Source of the DNA: Zancudomyces culisetae HAW-14-8
Taxonomy: Eukaryota > Fungi > Kickxellomycota
Direction: 5' to 3'
DNA length: 64,000 bases
NCBI GenBank assembly: GCA_052426225.1
Contig: JBNJNM010000022.1
Coordinates: 310,001 to 374,000 of the forward strand
Shown here in pieces: positions 37,199-50,776 of the stretch (position 1 is the first letter of the stretch; each line of letters starts with the position of its first letter). Position numbers and translations under genes: made by a program. The notes below the pieces were generated by a model, which saw only the letters and a list, made by a program, of their open reading frames with translations, was not told where the DNA came from and did not search any database.

Positions 37199-40100
37199 AT
37201 GAAGGGAAAAAAACCGAATTTAGCCAAAAAGCAAACTATATTATCTACGTACTTTTTAAAGTTACCATCGGTAATAAAGCTTGGTGATAAGGAGAATGGA
37301 CAGGAAGGCGTAAATCTTGATGTACCACCACAAAGAAACACCGATTCTAAAAGCAATGAGTCAGTGTGTGAAATAGAAGACGATAACAAAGAAATCAAGG
37401 AAAATACTGAGTTTCTGAAAAGATTTTCCTTCAATGTAAGATTTAATGGAGACAGTTTGTGTAAATCTAAAACTGTGTTCAAGACTTTTAATAAAAATAA
37501 AAATAAATAAATAGAACGAGCAAACAGAGGAGGTTGCGGGAAAAAAGGATATCATAGATAAGATTGTCGTGGATATTGATAATAATGACATTAAATTGGA
37601 ATTCGGGGTTTCAGACAGGGAAAAGATGGGAATATCCAAAATACGTGATTGTGGTCTAAATAACGAGAACCAAAATAAGGACAAAAGGATCAAATTGTCA
37701 CACAATGAGCAATCATCAAGCAGAATTTCGGATATGGTACTATCTACGGAATTCCCCTCTCAAGATTTCATAAAAAGTAATGAAAGCAGTTACGCTAGCA
37801 TAAAAAATTATGAGTTACACGACTCAACCAACATGTCAAAGAATTCATACAAGCACACCTCTTCTCTAGAACGTCTAAAAGATAAACTTTTGTTATTTGA
37901 TGCAAATTATTTGAATAAAGCGAGAACACATGAGGAAGAAGGCAAGAATCACGCGAAAGGGGCAGAAATGGAGGGTAATACGCAAAATATTGGTGCTAAA
38001 AACAAGCTAGCCATAGCTGAAAACAGCTTCAAAGCATTAAGTAACAAAATGTGTGACGGGAAATTCACACCGTTGGAGAAACAATTTTTAGAAATAAAAG
38101 GTAGCAACAAGGACAAGCTGCTGGTTGTAGAAGTTGGATACAAATTCGTATTGTTTGGAGAAGATTCCGAGGTAGTGTTCAATGGGCTACATTTAAAAAT
38201 GCGTACTTTTGATTCATTGCGTATATTTTATTTCTGCGTAGGTGTATACTCAATAATGATAGGTTAAAATTATTGTACACTGAATTATATTTAGATTGCA
38301 GCTAGGGTTTTAGGCATTTATAGCACACAGAACCAAAATCAAAATTTTAAGACGTCGAGTTTTCCAACACATAGGCTAATGGTACATGTTAGAAGACTTG
38401 TTTATGCCGGCTATAAGGTAGGAATAGTAAGACAAACCGAGACCGTGGCGTTGAAGGAAGTGGGTGATAATAAAAGTGGACCGTTTAAAAGGGCGTTGTG
38501 TGAGGTGTATACAAAAGGTACATTTATCAGCGAAAATGGCGGTGATGAAACAGTAGGATCAATAGTATGTGTTGTTGATGCTATCAGGAAAGGTGTTTGT
38601 ACAGTTGGACTTGTCGTAAGTTTCTTTGACTTTTTATTTATGTGGTTTTTTGTTTGGATGAGAAAAGTATAAAATAATTCCAGCACAACCCGCTTCCGTT
38701 TCAAGTTTATTTTTTAGTGTATGTGGCTATTCATAACAAAAATCCTGGGAAAATAGGCTGCGGATCTTAGTATTGGAAAAATAATTGTCAGCGAATTTAC
38801 TGATGTATATTCGAGAATGGAATTGGAGGCGACATTGGCTCATCTGCAACCTGCAGAGTTAATTCTATCAGCAACTCTTTCCCAGGAATCTACAAAAAAA
38901 TGTACTTTATTTAACAATTCAAGCTGCAGAATCGAAACAATGAAACAATTAAATACAAAAGAAGCGATCAGTGCCATAATTGCGGGTCTTGATGGCCTTG
39001 GTGCGTTTAAGGCAATTCAAGAAATAGCAGAGGATATTGGACCCTTGGTTACATGTGCTGCAGAAATGCTATTTAGATATTTAAAACAGTTTAAACTAGA
39101 GGGGTTGTTTTGTAGTGACTATGGGTGTGATAAAAAGGTTTTTACAAACTTTGGAGAAAAAGCGTATATGAGACTCGATTCTAAATCAATGAGGTCGCTC
39201 TACATATTTAAAGCTGACGACGAATCAGAAAGCCTTTTTGATTTTATGGACCACACAAAAACACCAATGGGAAAGCGGCGTCTATTCCAATGGTTGTCAA
39301 GACCGCTGACGTCGCCTGCATTGATTTCTCAGCGACAAGATATAATTGAAACCATTTTAGTAGCATCCAGCAAACAACCTACCGAAAGCGATAAAGATCA
39401 CACTCTATTTACCATAGTTAACAAGGTGAAACGGGTTTTAAAAAATACAGGCACTGATGTTGAAAATGCGCTGTTTAGAATTCAAGTATCGAGAGTGGTA
39501 CCGATAGAAGTTGTAAAATTGCTAAAAACTCTCAAGAGAATAATTAGGGAAGTTATCGATGAGAATAATGTCATAGAAACAAATAATTTGCTATTAAAAC
39601 AAATAACGAATTTTAAAGCCTGGGAGGGGTTGTACAATATTTCATCTAAATTATTAGATTTTATGGATGAAAATGCAGCAAAGTCGTCTGACTGGATAAA
39701 TATGTTTGTTTCACATAATACTGAGGGCTGTGGAATTGACGGACACTGCTATCACACTCAACTCAATCAATATCACCATGCAATAGATAATATAAAGTCG
39801 GTTTGGGACTCTGAAGTTGTTGGTGTACTGGGCTATCAGCTTACTCCAAAATTTATTTTGGGTGAAGAGGTAAGAGTATGACTATCGTTTAAGGACTCAC
39901 CTTTTGGTTTTCAAGCCAAACTTAGATGGTAACAGTAAATCATTGAGTAAATACACCCCATTGAAAATATTAATACATGGCTACTGGTTTTACCAAAATA
40001 GTATCTTGTGGAGGTGACAAAGTCAAAACTTGCCACAATCCCCAACAATTGGATAAAGGCTTCATCCACAAAAACTGCATACAGGTTTAAGGCTCCAGCA

Positions 40101-41608
40101 GTTGTTAGTGCCATTAAAGCGCGAAATAGACACAAGGAAACACTGGTGGTTGAATCAAAGTTATTATTTAATAGAATATGTCGGTAAGTTTTTCATTTTA
40201 AAAATGTTTAAAACTTTGGTTTGTTTGATAATTTATATTCACGACTCTGCGAACAACTCAAATTCTTTTTTATGAAGTTTAACAAATGCATAAATATGCG
40301 ATTATTAGCGAAATTTGCACTCACTATTCTACAATAAGCGACTTGGCAAAGACCATTGGAGTTTGGGACGCCTTATTTTCACTTTCCACAGTAGCATCTT
40401 TTCCTGGTTATACAAAACCAAAGGTTTCTGAAAGCGTTGATAACCAGGTAATTATACGTATCATGTTTGGTTTATTTTGTTAATTTTGTTTTTAACAGAG
40501 CTATAATCATACTTTATCTGGGAATAATTAGTCGATTATTAGTATTAAGGGTGCTCGACACCCTCTATTGGAGTCCAGGATAAATTTTATTCCAAATGAT
40601 GTTGAGCTGAGCGTAAGTTTTGCATTTGGTCTTCTATTAAAATTTATACCCTCTAGCTCAAATTAAGTATACAATATTACAATCGAATCTAAAATTATAA
40701 CTTAGACAAATAATGCCCAAGCATTGATATTAACCGGTCCAAATATGGGAGGAAAATCAACTTATATTAACACGCTATGCACTCTTGTGATAATGGCACA
40801 TATTGGCAGTTACATTCCAGCTGAGCATGACCAGGCTTTATTAACACCAATGGACGCGATATTTACAAGAATAGGGGCAAACGATGACATTCTTAACTCC
40901 AAATCCACATTTATGGTCGAGATGGAAGAAACGAACTATGCGTTGAAAAACGCAACTTCACAATCTTTGATAATTTTGGATGAGCTAGGAAGAGGCACTA
41001 GTTCTGTAGATGGATACGCAATAGCAAGCTCCGTTCTCACCTATCTTTTAGACATATACCGCTACAAGCCACTGGTGGTTTTTGCAACACATTTTTCACA
41101 AATTGCCAGATTCTACTACGAAAATCCTCTTTACGGACAGGTGAGTGTGTGTCACATGTCATTTGTTACTTCCAGATCTTCTCCAAACGTAGTCCCCAAG
41201 TGTGCTACGACACATCCTAAAGGACATGATCCTGATCATCAATCAAGTTTGCAGGTTGATAAGCATTCATCTTTGTCGGGCTGCTCATATAATCCCGAAG
41301 ACGTTGTCTTCTTGTACAAGTTGGTAGATGGTGTGGTATACTCAGACAGCTATGGAGTATTTATTGCAAGAATGGCTGGGATTCCAGAACAAGTACTGCG
41401 AACAGCGCTAGATGCATCATCAGAGCTTAGAAGCAAGTTAAAGTAAGTTTGGTTTTTTTTTAAAAAAAAAGTTTAACCATTATTTGAGAAATACTCATGA
41501 ATGATGAACTTTATTTTTCAAAAATAAAATATTACTAATTTAAAGCAATTATTTAATAGCCCGCAAGATGCTCTACTAGAGCAGTTTAAGTATATAATGG
41601 AAAACTAG
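37199..41608 (+). CDS. MSH3: DNA mismatch repair protein MSH3 (about 9 exons)
   Basis: [12 protein letters not shown]...VEVGYKF..FGEDSE|IAARVL (MSH3-type GYK mismatch-binding motif); [25 protein letters not shown]; GARHPL; TGPNMGGKS; LDELGRGTS; FATHF; [11 protein letters not shown]. Eight GT-AG introns link the ORF fragments in phase; last exon ends at TAG 41606-41608. Confidence 0.95.
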
Positions 41609-41758
41609 TATCCTGTAGCCGACCATTTCACATTAACTTGACAAAAAACGTCAAAATAGTAGCTAGAGTAGTTAGGTTGCGAATTGGCGTAAATAACCAA
41701 ATTAATAAAATATGTAACCGCCTTCAAAAGCCGTGTTGGAAAGGGAGGAGCTGTCAAT

Positions 41759-42196
41759 TCAAAAATTATCCTTCCTTGGTTGTTGAACTAAATTTATTGG
41801 CTTGTAAATTCTGGTGCTCAAGCTACTGTCTTTGTTTGTAAATTTTTCCAAGTTTTTACTCCGTTCAAGATTCTGCTGATGGATAAAACTTTCATACTCT
41901 GCTAGGGTGGTACTTGTATGTGCAATGTCAGCATCATTTTGATTGGAACCCACCTCAAGATCTTGTTGATTGCAGTTTAACTCGGCCAACGACCCTTCTG
42001 TTGAAGTGGAATCGATGTTGGTACTTAAGACAGGATTTTCCCTTAACTCTTCATCTTGAATTTGTAGTGAATTTGCGCGGTCACTCTCACCCTGAATGAC
42101 ATTTGAAATCCCACCCCTTATCACTCTTCTTTGGCCTGCAACTAGCTCTGTTTTTAGAGCACGTGATAAATTCTCGATCTCTTTTTCTTTATCCAT
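41759..42196 (-). CDS. Hypothetical hydrophilic protein, 145 aa
   Basis: ATG-initiated ORF with coding-like, disordered composition; no family recognised. Confidence 0.45.
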   Translation of the reverse strand: MDKEKEIENLSRALKTELVAGQRRVIRGGISNVIQGESDRANSLQIQDEELRENPVLSTNIDSTSTEGSLAELNCNQQDLEVGSNQNDADIAHTSTTLAEYESFIHQQNLERSKNLEKFTNKDSSLSTRIYKPINLVQQPRKDNF

Positions 42197-42652
42197 ATCA
42201 CAAGTATGTAAATAAATTTGACTGCAAGGTATGTGTACTATAGTTTAGTGAAGATGTGTTGTATTAGCGCGGAAGTAACGACACAAAGAAAAACATTTCA
42301 GTTGTGACTCCATACGATCTTTATAAACACCATTTTATAGTTTTTATGAGAATTGTGTTTACTAGTACAACAATAATACCTGGCTAAAAATAAAAATTTC
42401 AAAACTTTAGATTTGCTTATGATAAATATGTAAATAGGTGTATTCTACTATGATCCGTCAAATGGTGTAAAAAAATGACTAAAAGAAATAAACAAATACG
42501 CATGATACCCAAATAAAACAGTGTGAATATGACCATCGTCAGGTAAAAAAAACATTTGATGGATGTCTTTTCCCAACTAGTACTGCTTTATTTGCAATTG
42601 GAGGTAATAAAAGACGTTATTATTTTTTACGTCCATTTATTGTTGATTTGCT

Positions 42653-42774
42653 CCAGTAAAAACTACCACGTGAAGGCTCAAAAACTATCACATGAGAGGT
42701 CCCAAAAACCACCAAAAGAAAAGCCCAAAAACTACCAAAAGAAAAGCCCAAAAATTACCAAGAAAAGCCCGAAA
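42653..42774. repeat. About 23-bp minisatellite (CCCAAAAACTACCAAAAGAAAAG); 3 good and about 2 degenerate copies
   Basis: Direct tandem copies visible at 42701-42774; decayed copies upstream. Confidence 0.75.
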
Positions 42775-45533
42775 TAAAAGATGACTTGATTATAGCTATT
42801 TAATACTGCCACTTTAAAATAATGGACAAAAGCCCGTTTATGGAATATACACAAACAAAAAGTCAAAATCATTACTCAATGCATTGGTACATACCCATGT
42901 TTCCGAGTTGATATCTTGTGTTATAATTGCAATCCGTTCAACAAAATGTTGTCATTCTATACTGTTCAATTTAAAAATTAGTTTCTTGATGAACTCACAT
43001 AACATTAATGTATAGTTTATAAACTATCTTGCATAAAATGTGCAAAATATTTGATTTAAAATTCTTACTATGTATAGGAACCATAAACTATATCAAACTA
43101 AACTGTTGAAAAAATGCTGACCTTTTTTTGTGTGAATAGTAAACTTTGGTGTTTCCTGTCACAGTCTAATGCCTTTGGAAACTTTACTTATCATAAATAA
43201 GTCTTTTTTTCACTGAGATGTACCGCTATCTTATAGAATAAAGTCGGATTATTCGTATAGTAGACAAACTTTACGAGTTACGAGTAAAGAAATTTTGCTT
43301 ATTACAGAATGCCGAGTAAAAATTAGAAAATGGTTCAACAGATAATTTAAATCTGGATAGTATACTTTATATAGTCCCTTCAGTGTAAAATTTTTAGATA
43401 AAAAAGTCGGTGGTGTTTTAAAACAGACTGAAAACATTCTGACATTCACATTGAGTAGCCGAAAAGTGAAAAACACGCTGGGATTAAATTTTTGACTAAT
43501 ATATTGCCTTAGACTGATACTGTATACATGTATGACAGGAATATAAATAATAAACTGAATGTAACTTACCATGAATATATTTATACTATTCTAGAAACGG
43601 TAAAGTTGAAATGGTGGTTCAAATTCTAGATATACTCCTCTTTACGAGTTTTTTCTACTGACAAATGTAAGAGTTTTAATAGAAGTGGTTGATTTAAATT
43701 ATCACTTGCATCTTGCGTTTTCAAGCTTAACTCAGGCTTAGAAAATATTAAAAGTCACATATACGCAATTTTACCTATTATCTAAAAAGTACTAATTAAC
43801 TTACTATGGTGAGGGGTTCAAATCAACATTAAATGTAGCATACTACATTATAGAATCTATCCGTTATTCGATTACAAAAAACTATATTTATTCCAACATC
43901 CAGATTTTAAGCGTCTTTCGGTTTTGGATTATTACAAGCCGGAATAGCTGTAAAAATGGTCATTTATTCAAATTACTCTTAGTAAAAAAAATCGGCTTTA
44001 TTTGTATAATTTGTGATACTGCTAAATACATTTTAGATAAAGCAGACAATTCAGCTACTTTGGCAGCTGAAATCGAAAAAAACAACATGTAGCCATAATC
44101 AACTTGAACTAATAACTAAGGTATCAAAAATACTCAACATACCATTGACCGATCTGAAAACATCAGCTTAACTATTCAAATAACACAATACTCATACTAT
44201 AGATTAGACAACTCTGGAAAATGATATTAGTCAATTTTCTGCAACAGCAATTGACTTTACTCACGTCTCCAGGGTTTCAAACTACATACGCGTGTAATAA
44301 AGTTATTGAAGTACACTTTTTTCATTGTTTTAAGTGTTGATAAAAAAGATAAAACAAAAATTAGCATCAAGAGTTTTTTCAGAATTCACTGGTTTCGGGT
44401 TATAAATTTCCAACTTCAATTCGAATTCAACCAACCTGTTATATGGTCTCATAGGTTACCTTAAAAACATGATTAAACTCAGATTGTGATGGAATCACAA
44501 ATTTTCTCTCAACAGTTTAATTTTGCTGCGGATTGTATTATTTCACAATGCGCTACTAAAAATAGGGAAATCTAGCTATCCCTCAAAAGTAATTCTGACA
44601 CTTTCTTCCATAGCATTCTGATTAGAATAATTTATCCTGATTATCAACAAAAACCGTAATAGTGAATTGTTTTCTCTGAAATAATGTATTGTAAGTATGA
44701 ATCCTTACTGTGAGAGGTAAAACTGGACCTTATTATTGATATTCTGCAGGATTTTTTCCAGCATTTATTAGCAACTGAATATATCGATAAAAAAACTCGA
44801 CTCCTTTCTATTATTTAAATAGGATTACTGAGCCCACAATTGGCTACTAATCTCTGCGCAGAAACAGGTATGTGAGGTGTATCAATATGTTTTATTTTTA
44901 AATGACGCATTATTTCAGCTCGTTTAAAGAAATTAAAAAATTCTGATTTAAAAAATTAACTATTTGTGAATCAGAGCATATCCATAATTTCTAGTGAAAT
45001 TAAGTGCTGTAATTTTGTGCACATAACACATCACAAAGATAGTATAACGTGGAAATAAAAAAATCTATTAGTTTGGTAGTTTGAAGTAGTGGTTCGGGTC
45101 ATAGCATTTAGTACCAGTTATCTTTAGAAGATTTCCGCAATGATTACAACTTTTGTTTTTTTAGAACACTGACCTTTTATTTTATTTTTTGGTTTTTTAT
45201 TCAGAATACGAGGTATCATAATTAGTCAGCATATCATAAAACTGTTATCGTGCCTTTTTTTTGGTATATGAGATTTCCTTACAATTGTGAGATGTTAGTG
45301 ACATTGAAAAGAACGACTTGATAAAATACTCGACTTTAATAAACCGTAAACTGCGGATTTACTGTGCTTTTATGTTTATGAATGCAAGCCAAGCAATATT
45401 TTAGTATAAATACTTGACCAGTTTCTAGGAAAGTCACTAAAATAAATCATTGATCTAGCTTAGAAAATATCGATAGTATAGTTATCACTATAATTGAAAC
45501 AACAAATAACACTTTCAAAACATTAAATAAAAA

Positions 45534-46011
45534 ATGGATCTCCTTTGTGGATTGGGAAAAAACTCCAAAAAGAGTATTGATTCCGAAAATACTGTAAAAA
45601 ACGTTGCAGAAAGCATCAAAAGCAATGAAAGCGCTAAGACTGTCACAAAAAAAGCTGATCCTGTAACTAAAGTAGGCTACTATTCAACATCTGGACACCT
45701 TGATGAGGCAAGAAGCCACGTTTATTAGCTGAACAACTAGGTAGGGAAAAATCTCTTGAAGTTGCCATATATATATATCGTACTATATTGTATTGTATAA
45801 CTAATATTCAATGGTAAAATGATAGGGTTTAGTTATGAGCTTTATTGAATTTTATCACAAAACTGCAAAGATAACAGCAGGTAAAATACGGGAAATATCA
45901 TATCAATCAGGCCATAAGCCAGCCACGCCTAGTTGGGTGCGTGTTGCATTCAGAAGTATTTCCTGGATATCATAGCTATACGATTTTCAAAAATGTTGTA
46001 AAGGTAGAATA
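45534..46011 (+). pseudogene. Small ORF (64 aa) with a probable decayed downstream exon
   Basis: TATAAATA near 45405 and A-rich ATG context; TAG stops at 45726 and shortly after, followed by a GTAGG donor-like site; coding-looking but broken frames to about 46011. Confidence 0.3.
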
Positions 46012-46364
46012 AAATGGATGTGTAAATAGCTTGAGAATAGCATCAATTTTTCAACATTAGTGAGTTGAATCAATATATATGTTTGGTAATAGTTTTGAAT
46101 TTATATTTTTTCTTGCAAAGTGAATTGAGTGAATAAATATAACATAAAACATTTAAAATGAATTATTATATAAATATACATATAATATCTAACCAACCCA
46201 TACCCATCCTGTTGGAGGCTTTATATCCGTTAGGAGTTAATACAAAATGAGTTTTTATACTTTCAAACTATCAAGGATAATTAATCAACATTAATAGGAC
46301 TACGTTCAAGAAATCTGTTGCGTTTAGCTCGACTAGGAGTATTATTTCTATTCTCCTTTTAGTT

Positions 46365-47880
46365 ATGGATAGTAGCCATTTTTTGCGACTGGTTTCCCCA
46401 TCCTGCGAAGTACTTAATTACATTGTTGAGGCAAATTCACATGGCACATACAACGACATTGAATATGGTGGAACTATCTATATACTTCACAAAATAAAGG
46501 CTAGTATGGTGCACGATACGCATAAAAAGATAACAAAATTAGAACTGGTTAACCAAAGCTTTGAAATTGTATTACTACCGATAGGACATGAGGCAAGTGT
46601 TAATTCGTATGAAAGATGATTCGATGAGCTTGAAAAAGTAATCAAACTATAGTTGGGATGCTAGAATACTAGATGAGGTGTGATGATGAAGTATCCGAAA
46701 GTCCAGCATATGGTCGCACCAGTATGACGTGTTTGCTAATAGAAGTTAAAACTGTTAAATTGCTTGTAAAAGAAAGATTATTTGAATTATCCAGAACGGA
46801 ATAATATCTGGATCCCATATAGTTTGGGTCTCACAAGATCATTAAAACACTTTTTGAATAACGATTCCGTGGCAAATAGTTTTAATCATTATCAACTATA
46901 GTACGTGAATACAACAGAAAACTTAAATTGATAAACATAGCTCCTAGATACTTCTGTGGTCTGATAGTGCTAGAAGGTAAAGAATGACATAAATATATAG
47001 AAAAAAACGTTAGAAACTGTTTCTTGTTTGGATCATAAAGACAATGCTTATTCTGGATAATACACGACTATTAAAACCTTAGTCAAAAAAAACAATCCAG
47101 TACAGGATAACAATTTTTTAGATGGCATCGAGGTGAAAGTTTTAGTAGCTAACATTGAAATAGCGCAAACTACTACTGACTTAAAAAATCGGACTAAATA
47201 GCGATCATAAAACTTTGAGAACCGTCATAAAATTCAAAAAAATCGAGGTGGTAAAACTTGTCTTGAAGAGGATATTGGTAAAGCGTTAACAATAGAACTG
47301 GTATTGTGGGTATAGCACTTTGAGAATAAAGCATCGAAATGTGTGGTTTTTATCGTGATGATATAAATGCAGGCAGTGATCGGTGCTTTTTTAGCAATCA
47401 ACTTTAGTCTAAGTTACATCGAAGCGTTCAATTAATGTTGATCTGTAGTCCTGAGATTGGTAGTGGTACATATTCACCCGGATCAACCATCAATAAAATT
47501 GACGGAGAAACATATGTTGGTTTTGAAAGGTGGTATTATGTTTAAAAGTGTTGAGAAAATTGCCCTCTGCCCACACAAGAACAACCTTTATTCATGCAAA
47601 AACAACAACCTGGAGATCCTGAAATTAATAATTGATGCTGATATTATTAAATATGTTAACTTTTAGTAACATGGATATTGGGGGTTGAATCAATAGCGAT
47701 GCAAAGATTTCGGAGACTTTTGATTGAAAATAATACGGCCCTGGTGCTAAATAAGAGTTAAGAGTTCAAGGAAACATATGACATTAAAGGGGCAGAAGCT
47801 ATCAAACAACTAATTGCGTGTGGCATCAAAGAGGTATCTAAAGTTGAATCTGTCAAAGCAGAGCAGTTATCTTGAATCGA
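46365..47880 (+). pseudogene. Decayed ankyrin-repeat gene
   Basis: Ankyrin-like fragments in shifting frames: AYGRTSMTCLLIE, FGSHKIIKTLFE, YSG*YTTIKTLVK, IEVVKLVLK, SCKNNNLEILKLIIDADI, AEAIKQLIACGI; many stops and frameshifts. Confidence 0.7.
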
Positions 47881-47907
47881 TGAAAAGGAGAATAAGCCTT
47901 CTTAAAA

Positions 47908-47944
47908 AGTGGAAGAGTGGAAGAGTGGAAGAGTGGAAGAGTGG
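47908..47944. repeat. (AGTGGAAG)n octamer tandem repeat
   Basis: agtggaagagtggaagagtggaagagtggaagagtgg. Confidence 0.8.
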
Positions 47945-49537
47945 GGTTGGCTAGGTAAAAAATAGAATATGGGTTTTTTAGCTACATGAGAACATGTGGC
48001 TCTTACAAAAATCGCAGTATAAGTTACAAATTCCGTTGAATGTAGCACCATAGGCTATTTTATTTTTTACACGCGCCCACTAAAAGTTGAGATATGCTCA
48101 ACACCCAAACCTAGCATGATCTCAGCTTGCACTAAGATGTCACCACTTTTACGTTTGCCTTTTTCTCCATATGTTCGCTATGTAGAACAAGAAGAACATA
48201 CAAGCCACGTAACATACTTACGGAATCTTAGAACTTATTAAGCTTAACTTTTGAACACACAAAGACACTTGATGGGTGATTCTGTTTTTTATGTCTGAGG
48301 TTTTTGAATGGCTGTTTAGAACTTAGCGAAAATATTTCCATTTTAAAAACCTATCGTATTTTCTTAGGTTTCAATGCGACCTATATATGAAAATAAATAA
48401 AATTCAAAGTCTGTAGAAAAACCAATTATTTGCGGAACTTAAAAACTTAAGACTTTCATATATAACTAAAATAAGAACTGACAATTTAATTTTGCAGGTC
48501 GCCGAAACATCCCCTTAATAGTGGTTTAATGGTTTAGATACAAAGTTTGCTGATAAACTTGATTTATTTCCTCCCCCCGTACAAATCCAGTACGTTTTTT
48601 ACTAATTATGAACATCAAAATAGCATTTAGCCCTTAACAATAGTGTACAACTCTTAGCAATAACATGAAACTATCTCAAAAGAAATACTGGGGCATTCAC
48701 TCGCCCTATTGCCTCGCTATTCTCTATAACCCTGCTAGTAGTTTTATAGTTAAAAGCCTTTCACACTTATGTTTACTTCCTCTTTTTTAATTCCTTTCTT
48801 TACCCAAAGTATTCGTCAGTTGAAAAAGCACTCCAATAAAAAAAAAAGTACAACAGCTAATTGTGTAAGCCTATAGAAAGACTAGCTGACTTTTTTATCT
48901 CTGTAAAGAGTTTAAACCTTCTTGCTAGAATAATTCGAATACAACAACGGCTTACGACTTAAAACCTGAAATAACCCCAAGCTTCCACTCGTTGATGTTA
49001 TTTTTCATCTCTTTCATTCATGCTATGTGATCAGCGTTTTTACCTGCATCCAAGCTGCAAAAAACAAAAAAATATTGGCTAATAAACTGTCTTTCTCTTT
49101 AGAATGTTGTGTCTACCAAACCACAAGCATGTGATGTCGAGTTTCTTTATTTTTTCCTCTTTGCTTCTAATAGTTATAAGAAGTATGCTCAGAACGGAGG
49201 ACGCTTTCGAAAAAAATACTCCTGCTTTCCAACTAAACAGAATTTACTTTCTCCTCTTTCTTTCCCTTCCCTCTATCTTTTCCCTCTATAAAAAGATTAA
49301 CATATACATTATTTTTCAGTGATAAACATTCTTATTAGTAAAGCAAAATTTACCACTTAGCCATCAATTAAAACTTTTAAAAAAACTTAGATAAAGTTAT
49401 TAAGATAAGTTTCAGGTTTTTGCAGTGATGTCTTTTTGAGAGAGAACGTTTGTTAGAGTTCGTTTACAAATTTCATATGATAGTAAATATTTATTTAACC
49501 TTTATATTCACAGTCAGGTAATAGGTGAAAAAAGATG

Positions 49538-49756
49538 TCAAATCCAACCAGGCAATTCACACTCCTTAGTCGAGTTTCCCATGGTTAGAAACTTATGTTG
49601 AACTATATCTCCTAGTTGAGCCAATGGGTCATGTGAGGGCCCAGGTTCTACATCCATGGACGAAACACCTGATCTGGCACCATCGGAAGAGTAGCGGCCA
49701 TTATCCTGAAACTGTTGGATGATTGCCGAACGGAGTTGCTTAATCAGACCTGACAT
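49538..49756 (-). CDS. Small protein, 72 aa, GRYSSD family copy A
   Basis: GC-richer island in AT-rich DNA; ungapped similarity over the first 25 aa to the ORF at 53097-53273. Confidence 0.65.
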   Translation of the reverse strand: MSGLIKQLRSAIIQQFQDNGRYSSDGARSGVSSMDVEPGPSHDPLAQLGDIVQHKFLTMGNSTKECELPGWI

Positions 49757-50776
49757 TGAAAATTTAGTTTTTTAAAATAATCTCTTACTTTTTTAAATAT
49801 TAGCCTTAGCACTATTCTTATAACTTGACTTATAATCAATCTGTTTCAAACAAATTACTTGTTCAATCTTATTAAATTTCTTGTATACTGTATACTTTAA
49901 AACTACTAAAAGAGCTAAAGATACTTCTAATGAGATCTCTTTTTCTTTTAAATATGTTAATTGCTATTGTTAAAACTATTATAAAACTATTCCTATTAAT
50001 GTCTACTATATCTGTTATTACTTTTATTTAGCCTTGTTATTATCCTCATACTCTGTCTCATTTCCCATACTCGTATTTCTACTCTTATTGTATTTGATAT
50101 ATACTATTACTAATAAATTCTTTTCTGTTATTGCATTTTGAAATTTTTCTAGTCGATTTTTGATTTGATTTCTTGATTAATTTTGTGATCGGAAATACAA
50201 TTCCTATTTTTGATTGTTATCATCGTACATAACATCAAATTCATTATTCACATATTAATAACTTTCTGTAATTTTATAGTTTCCCAAGAAATTGTATCAT
50301 TTAGGTCTTATAACACAGAACACACGGCACACACTAAACTCGAGTACACACGAAACTCTCTATATTGTACTAATCAATAGATTATTTCTAATTCTACAAT
50401 TCAATTTTATTAAATTTCCATCAGATTTTGCACAAGCAAGTTTAAATGCTGCTCCATATTTATATTTATCTATTTAACCGATTAGTAAACAAACAATTAA
50501 AATATTTTATTATTGTACTGCTGAAAGGTATTTATATTAAAAGTTTTATTTCAGCTTGTTTTTATTAATTTTTTAAGTGTGTTTATTGCTAAGATTGTTG
50601 AAAAAATGTAAAAAATTAACTTTGAACATCTCTTGTTAAAAACCTTTATTTTAAATAATTATAAAATTTAATTATAATTATTAATAAAATAGAAACTAAG
50701 AAATGAAACTGATCAAATTTGGAGTAGAATCATGCCATTATAAATGCCACATTGGTATTCAATCTTATGAGGTAGT

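Noticed and set aside
36886-37482. 198-aa minus-strand ORF
   Set aside because: Overlaps MSH3 exon 1 antisense and the DIB1 promoter; low-complexity F/L/S composition.
42653-42774. CRISPR-like or telomeric repeat array
   Set aside because: Tandem units without spacers, eukaryotic context and interstitial position.
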